Part shown: in pieces, positions 43,973 to 56,440 of the stretch
How positions within the stretch are numbered: position 1 is the first letter of the stretch
Layout of the letters: the number at the start of each line of letters is the position of its first letter
Assembly: GCA_010909165.1 (NCBI GenBank)
Contig: MU008192.1
Coordinates: forward strand, 434,001-498,000
From: Anthoceros angustus
Lineage: Eukaryota > Plantae > Anthocerotophyta
DNA: 64,000 nucleotides
Reading direction: 5' to 3'
Program-made: the position numbers and the translations under genes
Notes under the pieces: generated by a model
Told to the model about the DNA's origin: nothing
The model's database searches: none
Seen by the model: the letters and a program-made list of their open reading frames with translations, nothing else

Positions 43973-44601
43973 AGCTATGTTACATTCACCTAGGCGGTCA
44001 TCAAACTAGAAGCTAGCATGGAGAGACTTGGATAAGATAGCAAAACCTCGAATCCCTACTAGGAACACTCCCTGGCCAGATCCCTACCGGCACTGGCCAA
44101 CCCTTCGAGTGTCCTGCCTCGTTACCACGACACTACTCGACTGAGAGAATTAGTCCAATCCAACATAACTTAAAACTACAGACAGAAGCGTCGTGGTCAG
44201 ACAAAGATTCTCGGTACCAAGCTCGTCACGGAATGCTTGTCCAGCAGCACCGAGGGAGCACAGTCCAAGAAAGCACTTCCTTACGGCTCAAAGCTTCCGC
44301 TCAGAGCACGCTCACCTTTGCAAATCCGCACGCTGCAAACCCGCCTACATCGAGACAGCTCAAGCCCAGTCAATGGAGACAAGGCTCCATAACCTCATGA
44401 GCCTGAGCTGGACATCGGCAAGCGAGCAAAGCAACAAGCGGTTCCAAAGGCTCAGAACAATGCTTAATTCTCAGACCTGATCCAACGGTGCTGCGAATAG
44501 GACGGCCCTCTCGGCTTTGGCTAAAGCACATCATACCACACACTTGCTGCCGAAGGAGGAGAAGAAAGGAGGAGGAAGAAGAGATGGAGACAAATTTTCA
44601 C

Positions 44602-44706
44602 AATAGGTAGCCCTAAATATCAGTCTCGCAGGTGGTGTCTATATACCTGTCATTTCCGTAATAGGTAGCCCTAATTATCGGTCTCGCAGGTAGTGGTCTA
44701 TATATG
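44602..44706 (+). promoter_or_regulatory. Duplicated core-promoter-like module upstream of RPS19
   Basis: AATAGGTAGCCCTAA(A/T)TATC(A/G)GTCTCGCAGGT..GT..TCTATATA occurs twice. It contains a telo-box-like GCCCTAA and a TATA-like TATATA; telo-boxes are typical of plant ribosomal-protein promoters. Confidence 0.5.
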
Positions 44707-44784
44707 TAGGTGCAGGTCACTCCTAATAATCCTGGACATGTCTCTACAGATCGTGGGCTCTTGGAGATCTCTGTCTTTGCAGCC

Positions 44785-45599
44785 ATGGCGGCTACGGCGA
44801 AGACCGTGAAAGATGTGTCCTCGCACGAATTTGTGACCGCTTACGCTGCGCATCTGAAGCGTTCGGGCAAGGTAGCCTCACTTTCACGATTCCTTGCCTG
44901 CTTGCTGCTTCCAGCTGCAATGGTTGCGGGCAGCTGTGCCGGCCTTGATCTGACGCGGTGTGGTCTTGTCTTGTATTGTAGATCAATGTGCCCGATTGGG
45001 TGGATATAGTGAAGACTGCCACCTTCAAAGAGTTGGCACCATATGATCCTGATTGGTACTACATCAGGGCTGGTACGTTCAAGGCTTTGATTTTGTGTTT
45101 GTGTCTTGGTTTTCCAGTGGCAGTATGTTTCGCTGTATCTTTTGAGTTGTTCCCTTGTCTCAGGGATTTAGGTCTGCCGATTAAGAGCAGGAAGCTTGTG
45201 TCCAGTCTGCTTCTTCTAACCCTAAACCTTGGGGTGCGGTGCTGGTGGCTTGAACAGCATCTATGGCGAGGAAGATTTACTTGCGACAAGGAATTGGGGT
45301 GGGTGCGTTCCGGAAGATCTATGGAGGCCGCAAGAGCAACGGTGTAAGACCCTCGCACTTCGCCAAGAGCAGTGGCGCCATAGCGAGGAGTATTTTGAAG
45401 CAGCTGGAGACCTTGGACATCATCGACAAGGATCCGAAGGGGTTAGCATCCCTGCATTCTCTCCGGTCTCCGTGTGTTGTTAGGTTTCTTGTCTTCATGT
45501 CTTCTGATGTTTTTTTTCTGCAGAGGAAGGCGTATCACGTCGAGCGGGCAAAGGGACCTGGACCAAGTTGCCGGGCGCATCGGCGTGGCTGCTGCTTGA
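44785..45599 (+). CDS. RPS19: 40S ribosomal protein S19 (eS19)
   Basis: Exons 44785-44871, 44982-45072, 45258-45441 and 45524-45599 give [89 protein letters not shown]. Confidence 0.98.
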
Positions 45600-46851
45600 G
45601 GGGCTCCCTTATGAAATTTCGCCTGAGTTAGGATAAGGATAGGCAGGTTGGAAACATTTTTTGGGCCTTCCCGTATTTGGAGTGCACAATGACAGGCTCC
45701 TACGTATAGTTGTCTCCATACTCTAATGACTACTACGTCTTTCCTGCTGCCAAGTACTTCCATTCTAGCAACATGAACCCTCTTCCCTCGGGCTGTTCAT
45801 GTCATGTTCTTGTATTATAGAGGAGTGACCAATATGACCAGCCTGAAGGTTGGTCTGGGCTATTTCAATCAGGACAGCCCGGCGTTGTTTGTCGATTTCG
45901 TATAATTTGCTCGCTAGCTGTTTGTCCGTTGCTTGGGTGGTGATGTTTCGGGGATTCAGATTTTGATCCAGCTCCAGTGATGCGGACTGTCCTGGATGGC
46001 CCTTTCTGCTTTTTGTTTTCCCTTGAAACTGGATGATGACTAACACGTAGTCCTGTGCCGATCCTGATGAGGACACAACATGCATCGCCATTCAGCGGAC
46101 AGATTCAGCCAGGGCAGTTTTATAGGGTTGGCAAATGCCTAAACCTGGTTGACGTAGCTTGCAAGCTGTGTGGTTGGTCTGTCCATGTTCGTTGTGTGAT
46201 GGGTTTGTTTATGAGGATTTGTCAGGTTGTCCTTATCAAGTCAGGAATGATTTAAGACTTTTAGAGCTGAAAGGTCTGTCCGAGGAATGGAAATGGGAGC
46301 TTGTATTGTGTTTTACTTTCTCACTGACCTGGACATCCTCGGTGACTTGCTCCAAATACCTCGCGCTCTGCAGTGCAGTCTCCCCGCGCGCGAGCCTCAC
46401 AAAGGCATATTATCGATATGCATACATCATATGGACTTAAGATTGTTGTACTACTAAGGATGGCTTGGACAATGGCGGCTCGTATGTACACATTCTGGAG
46501 TGGGCCAACGTAGTCGACAAGTTGCCACCTGCCACCTCCTCATGTCCCCGTCTTACCCATGCGTGCATCGCATCGAAGACAACTCTCCCAGCCTTCTGAT
46601 TCTCATCCGTCTGCAAGTCAAGGCACTTTTTTGCATCAAAAGTTACAGAGCTGACATCACCCAGTTGAAGATTCAGCACAGTCTTTCTCTAAGCAGCAGA
46701 GAGTTTGGGGTGCTTTGGTGGTGCTGTGTGACTGGAATTCCCCTGAGCTCGTAGCTTGCTGGCAACAATTCGGATTTCCCAAATGACGTGCTGTCCAGGT
46801 GAAGGATCTCCTGGGTCCCGACGCTAAGCTCAGATCCGTTACATTGGGCCG

Positions 46852-49800
46852 ATGTTGCAGCACCCGGCCTCCTTGGGAGGCTGGAGCCGGCTACAGTACC
46901 GTAGGCCGGATGTTCTAGTCCTCCGGCAGAGTGGTCGCCCACGCTGCCTGCTGCAGAGCCCCGCGCAGATACGAATTCTGAAGAGGGTCTTGGGGAATGG
47001 GGATGTGCAGTTGAAGCGTGCTACAGTGGAGCTGGGTGCAGAGCAGCCCAATGAGGCCGGGGGGCAGATTTCGGCTCTTCTGTCGCAGTTGGTGGGTGTG
47101 TTTGGATGCCTGGTGGTTTGCGTAAGCAGCGGGGCCGATGCCGGGGTTATGTTGGCAGGTTCAGGTCGTGAGAATGGTGTGTGCCAGGCAGGTGGGCCTT
47201 ACGAGGCTGCTGGGGCTCCCCCGCTTGTGGCTATGGCAGAGTGGAGCAGCATTAACCTGCCGTTACCGCTCTGTATGGACACTGGGATGCCTGATGCTGA
47301 TGGTGAAGGAGGGCAGAGCGGGTTGCAGAGGGAGGTGGCTGCGTTGCCTGTTCTGCCGAGGTACAAGAGGACGCTGTTTCATGAACCTGGGTTGCACTAC
47401 CGGGTTCCTGGTCCGGAATTTGGGATCCGGGAATGGGAAGGTGAGAGTCTGGGGGGCATGAATTACGGGGAAATTGTAGCTGGACTGCGGGACAGCAGGG
47501 AGGGGAGGCAAGAGATGTTCACACGTGATGCCTGGATGGGGATGATGAGGCTGCAGCAGTATAGCAAGTACATTGATAGTTTGGAAGATCAGGAGGCCAA
47601 GTGCAAGGAGTGCGTACGCAATCGTAGGTTTGTGGCATTTGGTTGGATGGTGTTGTGTTGTTTCTTCGTCCTTTGCATTGTGTCGTTTGGAGGTTACAAG
47701 AATTTGGTGGGCTGTCGCAGGTTGCTAGAGCAGGTGTGGCAGACGGTGTCAAATGTACTTTCCTTTCTTTGACCTATCCTGCTGTGTTTTTGCTTATCTG
47801 TGAGATTTGGATGGTGTGCTGCATAGTTCGTGAGGTCTTCGTTGATGTGATGTGGCTTTCAGAGAGTCTTGTGCCAGTTGCCAGTCAGTTGCTTCTGTTG
47901 CTTGGGCATGTCAAGTTGCTTACGGAGTAGAAAAAGCCTGTGTAGAAGCAAGGCACTCTTCGTTAGGTTGCATGTTGGAAATGTGGCCAGCCTGCTGCTG
48001 AGCCTCAAGGTGTCGCTTGTCATGCATGTAGTGATGGCACCAAAAAACCTTTCGAGGTTCTGGCTAGTTTTTGGGTCAAGTGTTCTGAAGTCTGGCTGCT
48101 TTGATCTCCCGGTGTCCGCATATCGACCTGCTGCAGGAGTACTATGATCATGATGGCAGGTGATGACGCCGAACTTTGAACTGGACATGTGTTCTCTTGT
48201 ATGCTTTTGTGCTCAAGCTTCAAATAAATTGTTCTCTTATGCAGCTTCTCTCAATCTCAATGGGCAGGGGAGTTGTATCGGGCACTAAGAGGAGCTGGAG
48301 GTCTTCTGCACACGAAAACCGAAACGTAAGGTGTCGCACAGCGGAGAGAAATTTGAATACCTTCTGACTCTGAAGGACGCGGGTAACACGTATCTAAGCT
48401 GGGCTTGCAGGTATAAAGCGGCAAAGGGCATGGTTGCAAATCTTGGTGACAAATACAGCTCGTTTCTGAATCCTTTCGAGTATCGGCTTGCTCTTCATAG
48501 ACCAATTCCTTCTGAACTGAAGTATCTTGCGTACCAATATATTGGCATTGGCGTAGAGGTGGGTGTGTTCAAGAGTGTCTATGGTGTCTCCATGTTGTAG
48601 ACAGGACTCGAGTCTCATGCTCCAGTTCCTGTGACTGTGTGCAGCTTGGAAGGCGAACCTCGAGTGGCTTCACAATTGTGGCCCCTTTGCTGGCTCTCCA
48701 GCCGAGGAGGTAAAACCGGTGACACCATGTCTAGACGTTCTTGGTTGTTCCTGCTTCTAGGAGGTGAGGTTGACATGTTCCACTGCAGGCTGGCATCTTG
48801 GCAGGAGAACAGTTATTGAGTGTGGACGGCTTGGAACTGGATTCTTTCACCAAGGGGAAGTTGTGGCATTCTTAGGCCCCATTGGCTCTACAGTGAGTAC
48901 TCGTCTTTGCACTCTGCAGTTCTTCGATACAAGCCATAGTCATCTATTCCATTGCTTGGTTTAACATAGAGCCTCAGCACATCTGATTCCCTGGATTCCT
49001 ACTGTTGAGCTAGAAGAGATTCATCCGTGAAGTGCTCTGACTGATCTTGCTCAGGTGGAAGTAGAGGTGGCAGGACCGACGGGGTGCGCACGCTACAGAT
49101 AGAAAGGCGACCCTGCCTTTACCACCCCTGAAGATGAAGCTATTGGATGCAGGAGCCGGCCAGCTTGGTCAGACTACACTACTTTACGCATGAAGGCACC
49201 AAGCAAATGGCAGCTGCGATCAGAAGGAGAAGCTCTCGGCGTGGATGGCTACAGTAGGTTTCTTTCCTGGCCTATGGGTACACAGCTCTTGCCATTCCAT
49301 CTCTCACTCCACAGCACATATTCCACTTACTTGTCTTCCTGTGCTGCAGTTTTGGACTTGCGGAACAATCCTGGTGGTGTGTTTGAGGAAGCAGTAGCCA
49401 TGGCTGTGAGAAAGCTCCTGCTTTGCTCTCATTTTGCCATGTTGTTGCTTACGGAGTAGAAAAAGCCTGTGTAGAAGCAAGGCACTCTTCGTTAGGTTGC
49501 ATGTTGGAAATGTGGCCAGCCTGCTGCTGAGCCTCAAGGTGTCGCTTGTCATGCATGTAGTGATGGCACCAAAACCTTTCGAGGTTCTGGCTAGTTTTTG
49601 GGTCAAGTGTTCTGAAGTCTGGCTGCTTTGATCTCCCGGTGTCCGCATATCGACCTGCTGCAGGAGTACTATGATCATGATGGCAGGTGATGACGCCGAA
49701 CTTTGAACTGGACATGTGTTCTCTTGTATGCTTTTGTGCTCAAGCTTCAAATAAATTGTTCTCTTATGTTTGTATGCAGCTTCTCTCAATCTCAATGGGC

Positions 49801-52110
49801 AGGGGAGTTGTATCGGGCACTAAGAGGAGCTGGAGGTCTTCTGCACACGAAAACCGAAACGTAAGGTGTCGCACAGCGGAGAGAAATTTGAATACCTTCT
49901 GACTCTGAAGGACGCGGGTAACACGTATCTAAGCTGGGCTTGCAGGTATAAAGCGGCAAAGGGCATGGTTGCAAATCTTGGTGACAAATACAGCTCGTTT
50001 CTGAATCCTTTCGAGTATCGGCTTGCTCTTCATAGACCAATTCCTTCTGAACTGAAGTATCTTGCGTACCAATATATTGGCATTGGCGTAGAGGTGGGTG
50101 TGTTCAAGAGTGTCTATGGTGTCTCCATGTTGTAGACAGGACTCGAGTCTCATGCTCCAGTTCCTGTGACTGTGTGCAGCTTGGAAGGCGAACCTCGAGT
50201 GGCTTCACAATTGTGGCCCCCTTTGCTGGCTCTCCAGCCGAGGAGGTAAAACCGGTGACACCATGTCTAGACGTTCTTGGTTGTTCCTGCTTCTAGGAGG
50301 TGAGGTTGACATGTTCCACTGCAGGCTGGCATCTTGGCAGGAGAACAGTTATTGAGTGTGGACGGCTTGGAACTGGATTCTTTCACCAAGGGCGAAGTTG
50401 TGGCATTCTTGCGAGGCCCCATTGGCTCTACAGTGAGTACTCGTCTTTGCACTCTGCAGTTCTTCGATACAAGCCATAGTCATCTATTCCATTGCTTGGT
50501 TTAACATAGAGCCTCAGCACATCTGATTCCCTGGATTCCTACTGTTGAGCTAGAAGAGATTCATCCGTGAAGTGCTCTGACTGATCTTGCTCAGGTGGAA
50601 GTAGAGGTGGCAGGACCGACGGGGGTGCGCACGCTACAGATAGAAAGGCGACCCCTGCCTTTACCACCCCTGAAGATGAAGCTATTGGATGCAGGAGCCG
50701 GCCAGCTTGTGGCTTACATCAGACTACACTACTTTACGCATGAAGGCACCAAGCAAATGGCAGCTGCGATCAGAGAAGGAGAAGCTCTCGGCGTGGATGG
50801 CTACAGTAGGTTTCTTTCCTGGCCTATGGGTACACAGCTCTTGCCATTCCATCTCTCACTCCACAGCACATATTCCACTTACTTGTCTTCCTGTGCTGCA
50901 GTTTTGGACTTGCGGAACAATCCTGGTGGTGTGTTTGAGGAAGCAGTAGCCATGGCTGTGAGAAAGCTCCTGCTTTGCTCTCATTTTTGCCATGTTGTTA
51001 CCATGTTTGCTACCAGTACCTGGGTTTTCTTCAAAGATCGAAGCTGAAGCAAATGTGCTCCTCCGCAACAGGCTCTGTGGCTGGACTGCGAGAACTGCGA
51101 TGTAACGGAAACGGTCCGCAGCAACGTAGCGGACATCGAAGACCTTGTGTACACTGCGGGAAAACTTCCGGTTGGTTATCTTGGTCCAAGCTTTTTGCTG
51201 TTCTGCCGATTTCTGCCTCAGTCTGTGCAAGTTAGGTCAAGCATCCATGCTCTGATCCTAAACCATTCACGTGACTGCACGCAGCGAGAAATATTTTCTA
51301 GGCATCCGGGAGTGCTGTCACATGCTCCACTCGTCGTTATCACAAATCGCAGCAGCGCTAGTGCAAGCGAGGTAGCCAGTTGGCTCAAGTCATGTCAATT
51401 GCAAACTTCCAATCAAGGCCATCTCCAGAGCGTCGCTTTTCGTATTCTAACCACATTCATTCTGCTGGATGCAGGTTCTGACAGGAGCTCTACACGACAA
51501 TCATAGAGTGGTTACAGTTGGTGAGAAAACTTTTGGAAAAGGCGTTGTGCAGGTCAGTGGTGTCATGCAGTGAAGCTGAAGTTGATGTGGAGTGTATCCA
51601 GACCAGCCTAGGTTGCATCGTATTGCAGCATTCCAGAAGGTTGAACGCTGTTGTGGCATCTTGCTGTTGTGGCATCTTGCTGCTAGTAACCTACCGTGCA
51701 TCACTCACAGTACTACTTCCCGATGGACGATGGCAGCGGGCTCAAGCTGACAGTGGCCAAGTATTTAACGCCTTCCCGCTACGACATCTCCAGGCAGTAA
51801 GCTTTCCACCACCAAACCCTACGCAAGGTGACAAAAGTATTGGTATGAGAGCTTGGTCTGTGCGTCTCGGTGGCCTCTGATCCTTGGGTTTTGCTGGACA
51901 TGACCTGGCCGCAGGGGTGGTTTGGAGCCAGACCGTTCGTGCCACGACTATCCCCACGGCACGGCAACGCTCTCAGACCAGTGCATTAAAGAGGCTCTGA
52001 CGAGCCTGCCGTCCATGGAGGGAAGGGTCGGGGGCGGGCCTAGCCTCCCGCTGCCCTACCGCTGGACGCCTCCCCAGGAGCGGGGGGTTTGGGCTGTGGG
52101 CTCCTACTAG
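46852..52110 (+). CDS. Divergent CtpA-like C-terminal processing protease (S41, PDZ), ~15 exons; 5' end uncertain
   Basis: Spliced path: NRRLLEQVWQTVSN|EYYDHDGS|FSQSQW..|YKAAKGMVANLGDKYSSFL..YIGIGVE|..VAPFAGSPAEE|AGILAGEQLLSVDG..LRGPIGST|..AYIRLHYF..|ILDLRNNPGG..|..LVVITNRSSASASEV|LTGALHDN..TFGKGVVQ|..DGSGLKLTVAKYLTP..|GLEPD. The catalytic Ser and Lys motifs are intact. Confidence 0.9.
47915..50999. repeat. ~1.5-kb intragenic tandem duplication inside the CtpA-like gene
   Basis: Copy 1 is 47915-49443 and copy 2 is 49444-50999. I found only 1-9-bp indels between them; copy 1 exons are frameshifted and copy 2 exons are intact. Confidence 0.95.
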
Positions 52111-52322
52111 TAGTAGTGTGTACAGACATATTCCATGGACCAGATTTGCAGGCAGGCAGCATCTTGCGCATCTTTCTGTTACAGGAGGGCAAAGCGAAGC
52201 AAAAGCAAAGCCCAGCAGAGCAGAGAAGTGAAGAGCCAGCAGAGCGCAGTGTCCGAGATGCAATCGCATTGCGGGCGTGCCGGCGTGGAAGAGGTGCAGC
52301 TGATCTTTAGTGTATACTAATT

Positions 52323-55284
52323 TACATGTGTAGGAGTGTGGGGGGGACGGACAGGTGCATTGTTCTGTGCTGTATCGTGTATTTTGTTTTGGTGTCATAA
52401 AGAAGTGTGGTTGCCGGGAGATGAGTGTGCCCCCAGCTCGTGCATGCACCAGAGTGATGGCTGATCTGGAAAGCAGTCAAAGGGCTGCTTCAGAGTCCAA
52501 GGAGCAGTCCAGGCAGGTAGCGAGGCGTGCCGGTGGCAGCTGCAGGGGAGCCGGGGATTTCCCTCCTGCACACGGTGCCTCCTGCGGCTGCACACGACTG
52601 CAGCAGGCAGTCCAGTCCTGGCCTGGCCGGAGCCTGAGCCGAGGCCGAGGCGGAGGCCCTGCCCCGCCCCCGCCCCTTTGCCTAGTTTTGCGTTGTTTTG
52701 CTTTGTTTGGATGGCGCAAAGTTGTTCAGGCAGGTACACAACCGTGGAGGTGGTGGTGTGCGCTCTGCTGCTACTGCGGCTACAGTCGCCCTTTGTTGCC
52801 GCTGCTCGACTCTTTGTGTGTGCTGCTGCTGTTGGTGCCGTTGCCGCAACATGAGTTGTTGGGTGTGTCAGGGGAGGGGCGGGGGCCGGGGAACAGCCTC
52901 GACGCAGCAAGCAACTGGAGCCTGCCTGCGTCCATGGTTTGTGCAAAAGCGTGGACATACCCAAATATCCAAGCTCCCCTCCACCAACAGGGGCAGTGCA
53001 GAGTGCAGAGTCCAGAGCGACGCGGTGGAAGGTGGCAGCGTGGATACTGTATAAAGGTACCCTCTCACCCGCCGGGAACCCGCTGCAGCAGATTCCAAGC
53101 AGCCGCTGCTGTTGTGCGCACCGAGCGCGTCCAGCCCATTTGTGGCCATCCGCTGCCCTGCCTGCGCTGCGCTGCGCTGCTCCCAGTGCAGTGCAGTGCA
53201 GGGGAGGATGAAGAAGTGGGGATGCGATGCCACCTGCCCGAATTTGGGGACTTCTGTTGTTCTCGGCCCTCGAGGCAGATTCCCGTCACCTCTCCCACCC
53301 CCACCACGCGCGCCAGTTGCCAGTTTTAGCAGCAACCAGCATCGCAGCCGCAGGGCGTAACGGAGCAGGGCGGCCAGGTGTTGGGACCGTTCGCCTTTTG
53401 CTCCGGGCACCTTGTGTGACACCGCCCACCCTCCTGTCAGACGCAACCCCTTCCCCTTCCCCTTCCTTCCCGTTCCCCTTCCCCACCGCCTTGCGTCCCT
53501 GTCCGCTCCCACGTACTTCCTCTGTAGCTCCTCCTGCCCTGCTTTTCATTTCCACGATTCCCTCCTCCAGGGCCAGGGCAAGCCATGGCTTGGCGTTGGA
53601 GAACGTCGCGTACCCTGGCCTGCGGCAGCTTGCAGGAGGAGGGACGGTCGACACTACCACCACCGGCCGTGGCTCGGCGTTCGACACATCATCCATTGAA
53701 CTCCACATCATCCATTGAACTGAACTGGAACAAGCTCTCCCCTCCCATACGGAGATATGTATATATATACATGTAGGAGTGTGGGGGACGGACAGGTGCA
53801 TTGTTCTGTGCTGTATCGTGTATTTTGTTTTGGTGTCATAAAGAAGTGTGGTTGCCGGGAGATGAGTGTGCCCCCAGCTCGTGCATGCACCAGAGTGATG
53901 GCTGATCTGGAAAGCAGTCAAAGGGCTGCTTCAGAGTCCAAGGAGCAGTCCAGGCAGGTAGCGAGGCGTGCCGGTGGCAGCTGCAGGGGAGGGATTTCCC
54001 TCCTGCACACGGTGCCTCCTGCGGCTGCACACGACTGCAGCAGGCAGTCCAGTCCTGGCCCTGGCCGGAGCCCGAGCCCGAGGCCGAGGCGGAGGCCCTG
54101 CCCCCGCCCCCGCCCCCTTTGCCTAGTTTTGCGTTGTTTTGCTTTGTTTGGATGGCGCAAAGTTGTTCAGGCAGGTACACAACCGTGGGAGGTGGAGTGG
54201 TGGTGTGCGCTCTGCACCTGCTGCTACTGCGGCTACAGTCGCCCTTTGTTGCCGCTGCTCGACTCTTTGTGTGTGCTGCTGCTGTTGGTGCCGTTGCCGC
54301 AACATGAGTTGTTGGGTGTGTCAGGGGAGGGGCGGGGGGCGGGGAACAGCCTCGACGCAGCAAGCAACTGGAGCCTGCCTGCGTCCATGGTTTGTGCAAA
54401 AGCGTGGACATACCCAAATATCCAAGCTCCCCTCCACCAACAGGGGCAGTGCAGAGTGCAGAGTCCAGAGCGACGCGGTGGAAGGTGGCAGCGTGGGGTG
54501 GATACTGTATAAAGGTACCCCTCTCACCCGCCGGGAACCCGCTGCAGCAGATTCCAAGCAGCCGCTGCTGTTGTGCGCACCGAGCGCGTCCAGCCCATTT
54601 GTGGCCATCCGCTGGCCTGCCCTGGCCTGCCCTGCGCTGCGCTGCGCTGCTCCCAGTCCCCAGTGCAGTGCAGTGCAGGGGAGGATGAAGAAGTGGGGAT
54701 GCGATGCCACCTGCCCGAATTTGGGGACTTCTGTTGTTCTCGGCCCTCGAGGCAGATTCCCGTCACCTCTCCCACCCCCACCACGCGCGCCAGTTGCCAG
54801 TTTTAGCAACCAGCATCGCAGCCGCAGGGCGTAACGGAGCAGGGCGGCCAGGTGTTGGGACCGTTCGCCTTTTGCTCCGGGCACCTTGTGTGACACCGCC
54901 CACCCTCCTGTCAGACGCAACCCCTTCCCCTTCCCCTTCCTTCCCGTTCCCCTTCCCCACCGCCTTGCGTCCCTGTCCGCTCCCCACGTACTTCCTCTGT
55001 AGCAGCTCCTCCTGCCCCTGCTTTTCATTTCCACGATTCCCTCCTCCAGGGCCAAGGGGCAAGCCATGGCTTGGCGTTGGAGAACGTCGCGTACCCTGGC
55101 CCTGCGGCAGCTTGCAGGGAGGAGGGACGGTCTGGCGACAAACGTCGTACTACCACCACCGGCCGTGGCTCGGCGTTCGACACATCATCCATTGAACTCC
55201 ACACATCATCCATTGAACTGAACTGGAACAAGCTCTCCCCCTCCCCATACACAGGGAGATATGTATATATATATACATGTGTAG
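52323..55284. repeat. ~1.45-1.5-kb tandem duplication of GC-rich low-complexity sequence
   Basis: Copy A is 52323-53767 and copy B is 53768-55273. TACATGTGTAG recurs at 52323 and 55274. Differences are predominantly small indels. Confidence 0.93.
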
Positions 55285-56440
55285 CGGCGTGACGGAGGAT
55301 GCCGCCGTTTGTTGCGTCGGGGACGAAGGTCTTGAGAAGCGGCGTTTGATCACGGGGCGGGCCGTCCCGTCCGATAGTCCGGCGCCTGGGGCTGGGCTGT
55401 CTCGTCCCCAGCAATGCGCCACTAGCAACCAACCGAGGCGTCCTTCCCACCTTCCGCCAGGGCAGCCTGGAGCCTGGGTCGATGCGTATGGTCGATGCGG
55501 GACCCGGTAAACGTTACGTACTGCAGCAGTCTGCAAGCGACCTGCACCTTTGGTGCTTGCTGCACAGAACAAAGAACGGAAGGGCGAAGCTGGCACGGGA
55601 TACAGAGTGGGTCCCGTAATCATCCACGGGCCCCGTCGTGGGGCCGATGCTCTCGTAAACAAGCCCATCCAATGATGCGTTCTAATCCCCTTCCCGCAAA
55701 AGGGCAAAGGCAGCCAGACATGCAACAGTGCGCCATGCTTTTGCATTACAGCCGCCGTGCCGTTCTAATGGTGGACCCTTCCCTGCCCCTGCCCCTGCCC
55801 CTCCCCCTCCTGCGCTTGTAACTTGCAACTTGCAACTTGCAACTTGCAACCAATCCTTCACTTACCACTCCAGAATCCAACACCTTTCTGGTATCACTCC
55901 AAGGAGGTGTTCCAGAACACCGACTTGGGGGAAGCCCAGCAGCCCTCAAGCCCACAACCCCAGGACCCAACACTGAGTCTTTCCTTTCCAAGGGAAACGA
56001 TCTCGCCCACAAAGCGACACCACCAGCACCAGCAGCCGCACCCTCCTTCCCCTCTCATCAGTCGGGCCCCGTGTGGCTCCAAATCGGGCGTCGGCCATCA
56101 TCACACCTCTGCGTCTCGGAATCGGCCAACTACCTGCACCTTCTCTTCCGCTGCAACCTCGCATGCATACCGCACATGTACATGTGTAAGCGAGGAAAGG
56201 AATTTGGAGTCGTAAGGCAAACAAAAACAGAGAATCCCAAGCACCGGGGCCCGGCAAAGGCAAGGGCAGCCCAATCCCTGTTCATGTTCCCCGAGACCAG
56301 GCTGTACCTTACCTGCGCCCCTGGATTGGAGGCCGCTGCTCCCGCTGCCGCTGCCGCTAAATGACGTCCTCCGTGCCAGGACCGACACGCTCTTTTTCTT
56401 GTTTTCGTTTTCTTTAGCGGTAGCCCGACACACACTCTAT
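53840..56440 (-). other. Possible unknown minus-strand transcript overlapping the second duplication
   Basis: A CAG|GTAAGG donor near 56312, a TTCCAG acceptor near 55228, and a downstream ATG reading MDDV..SNAEPRPVVVV..ATFSNAKPWL. The frame is broken differently in the two copies and no family is recognised. Confidence 0.2.

Noticed and set aside
44040-44480. Possible LINE/gag fragment upstream of RPS19
   Set aside because: No RT, endonuclease or zinc-knuckle motif in any frame.
46241-46332. Box C/D snoRNA candidate (CAGG/CCTG terminal stem, two CTGA boxes)
   Set aside because: The C box is ATGATTT rather than RTGATGA, which breaks the kink-turn pairing, and I could not match an rRNA guide. 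A snoscan run would settle it.
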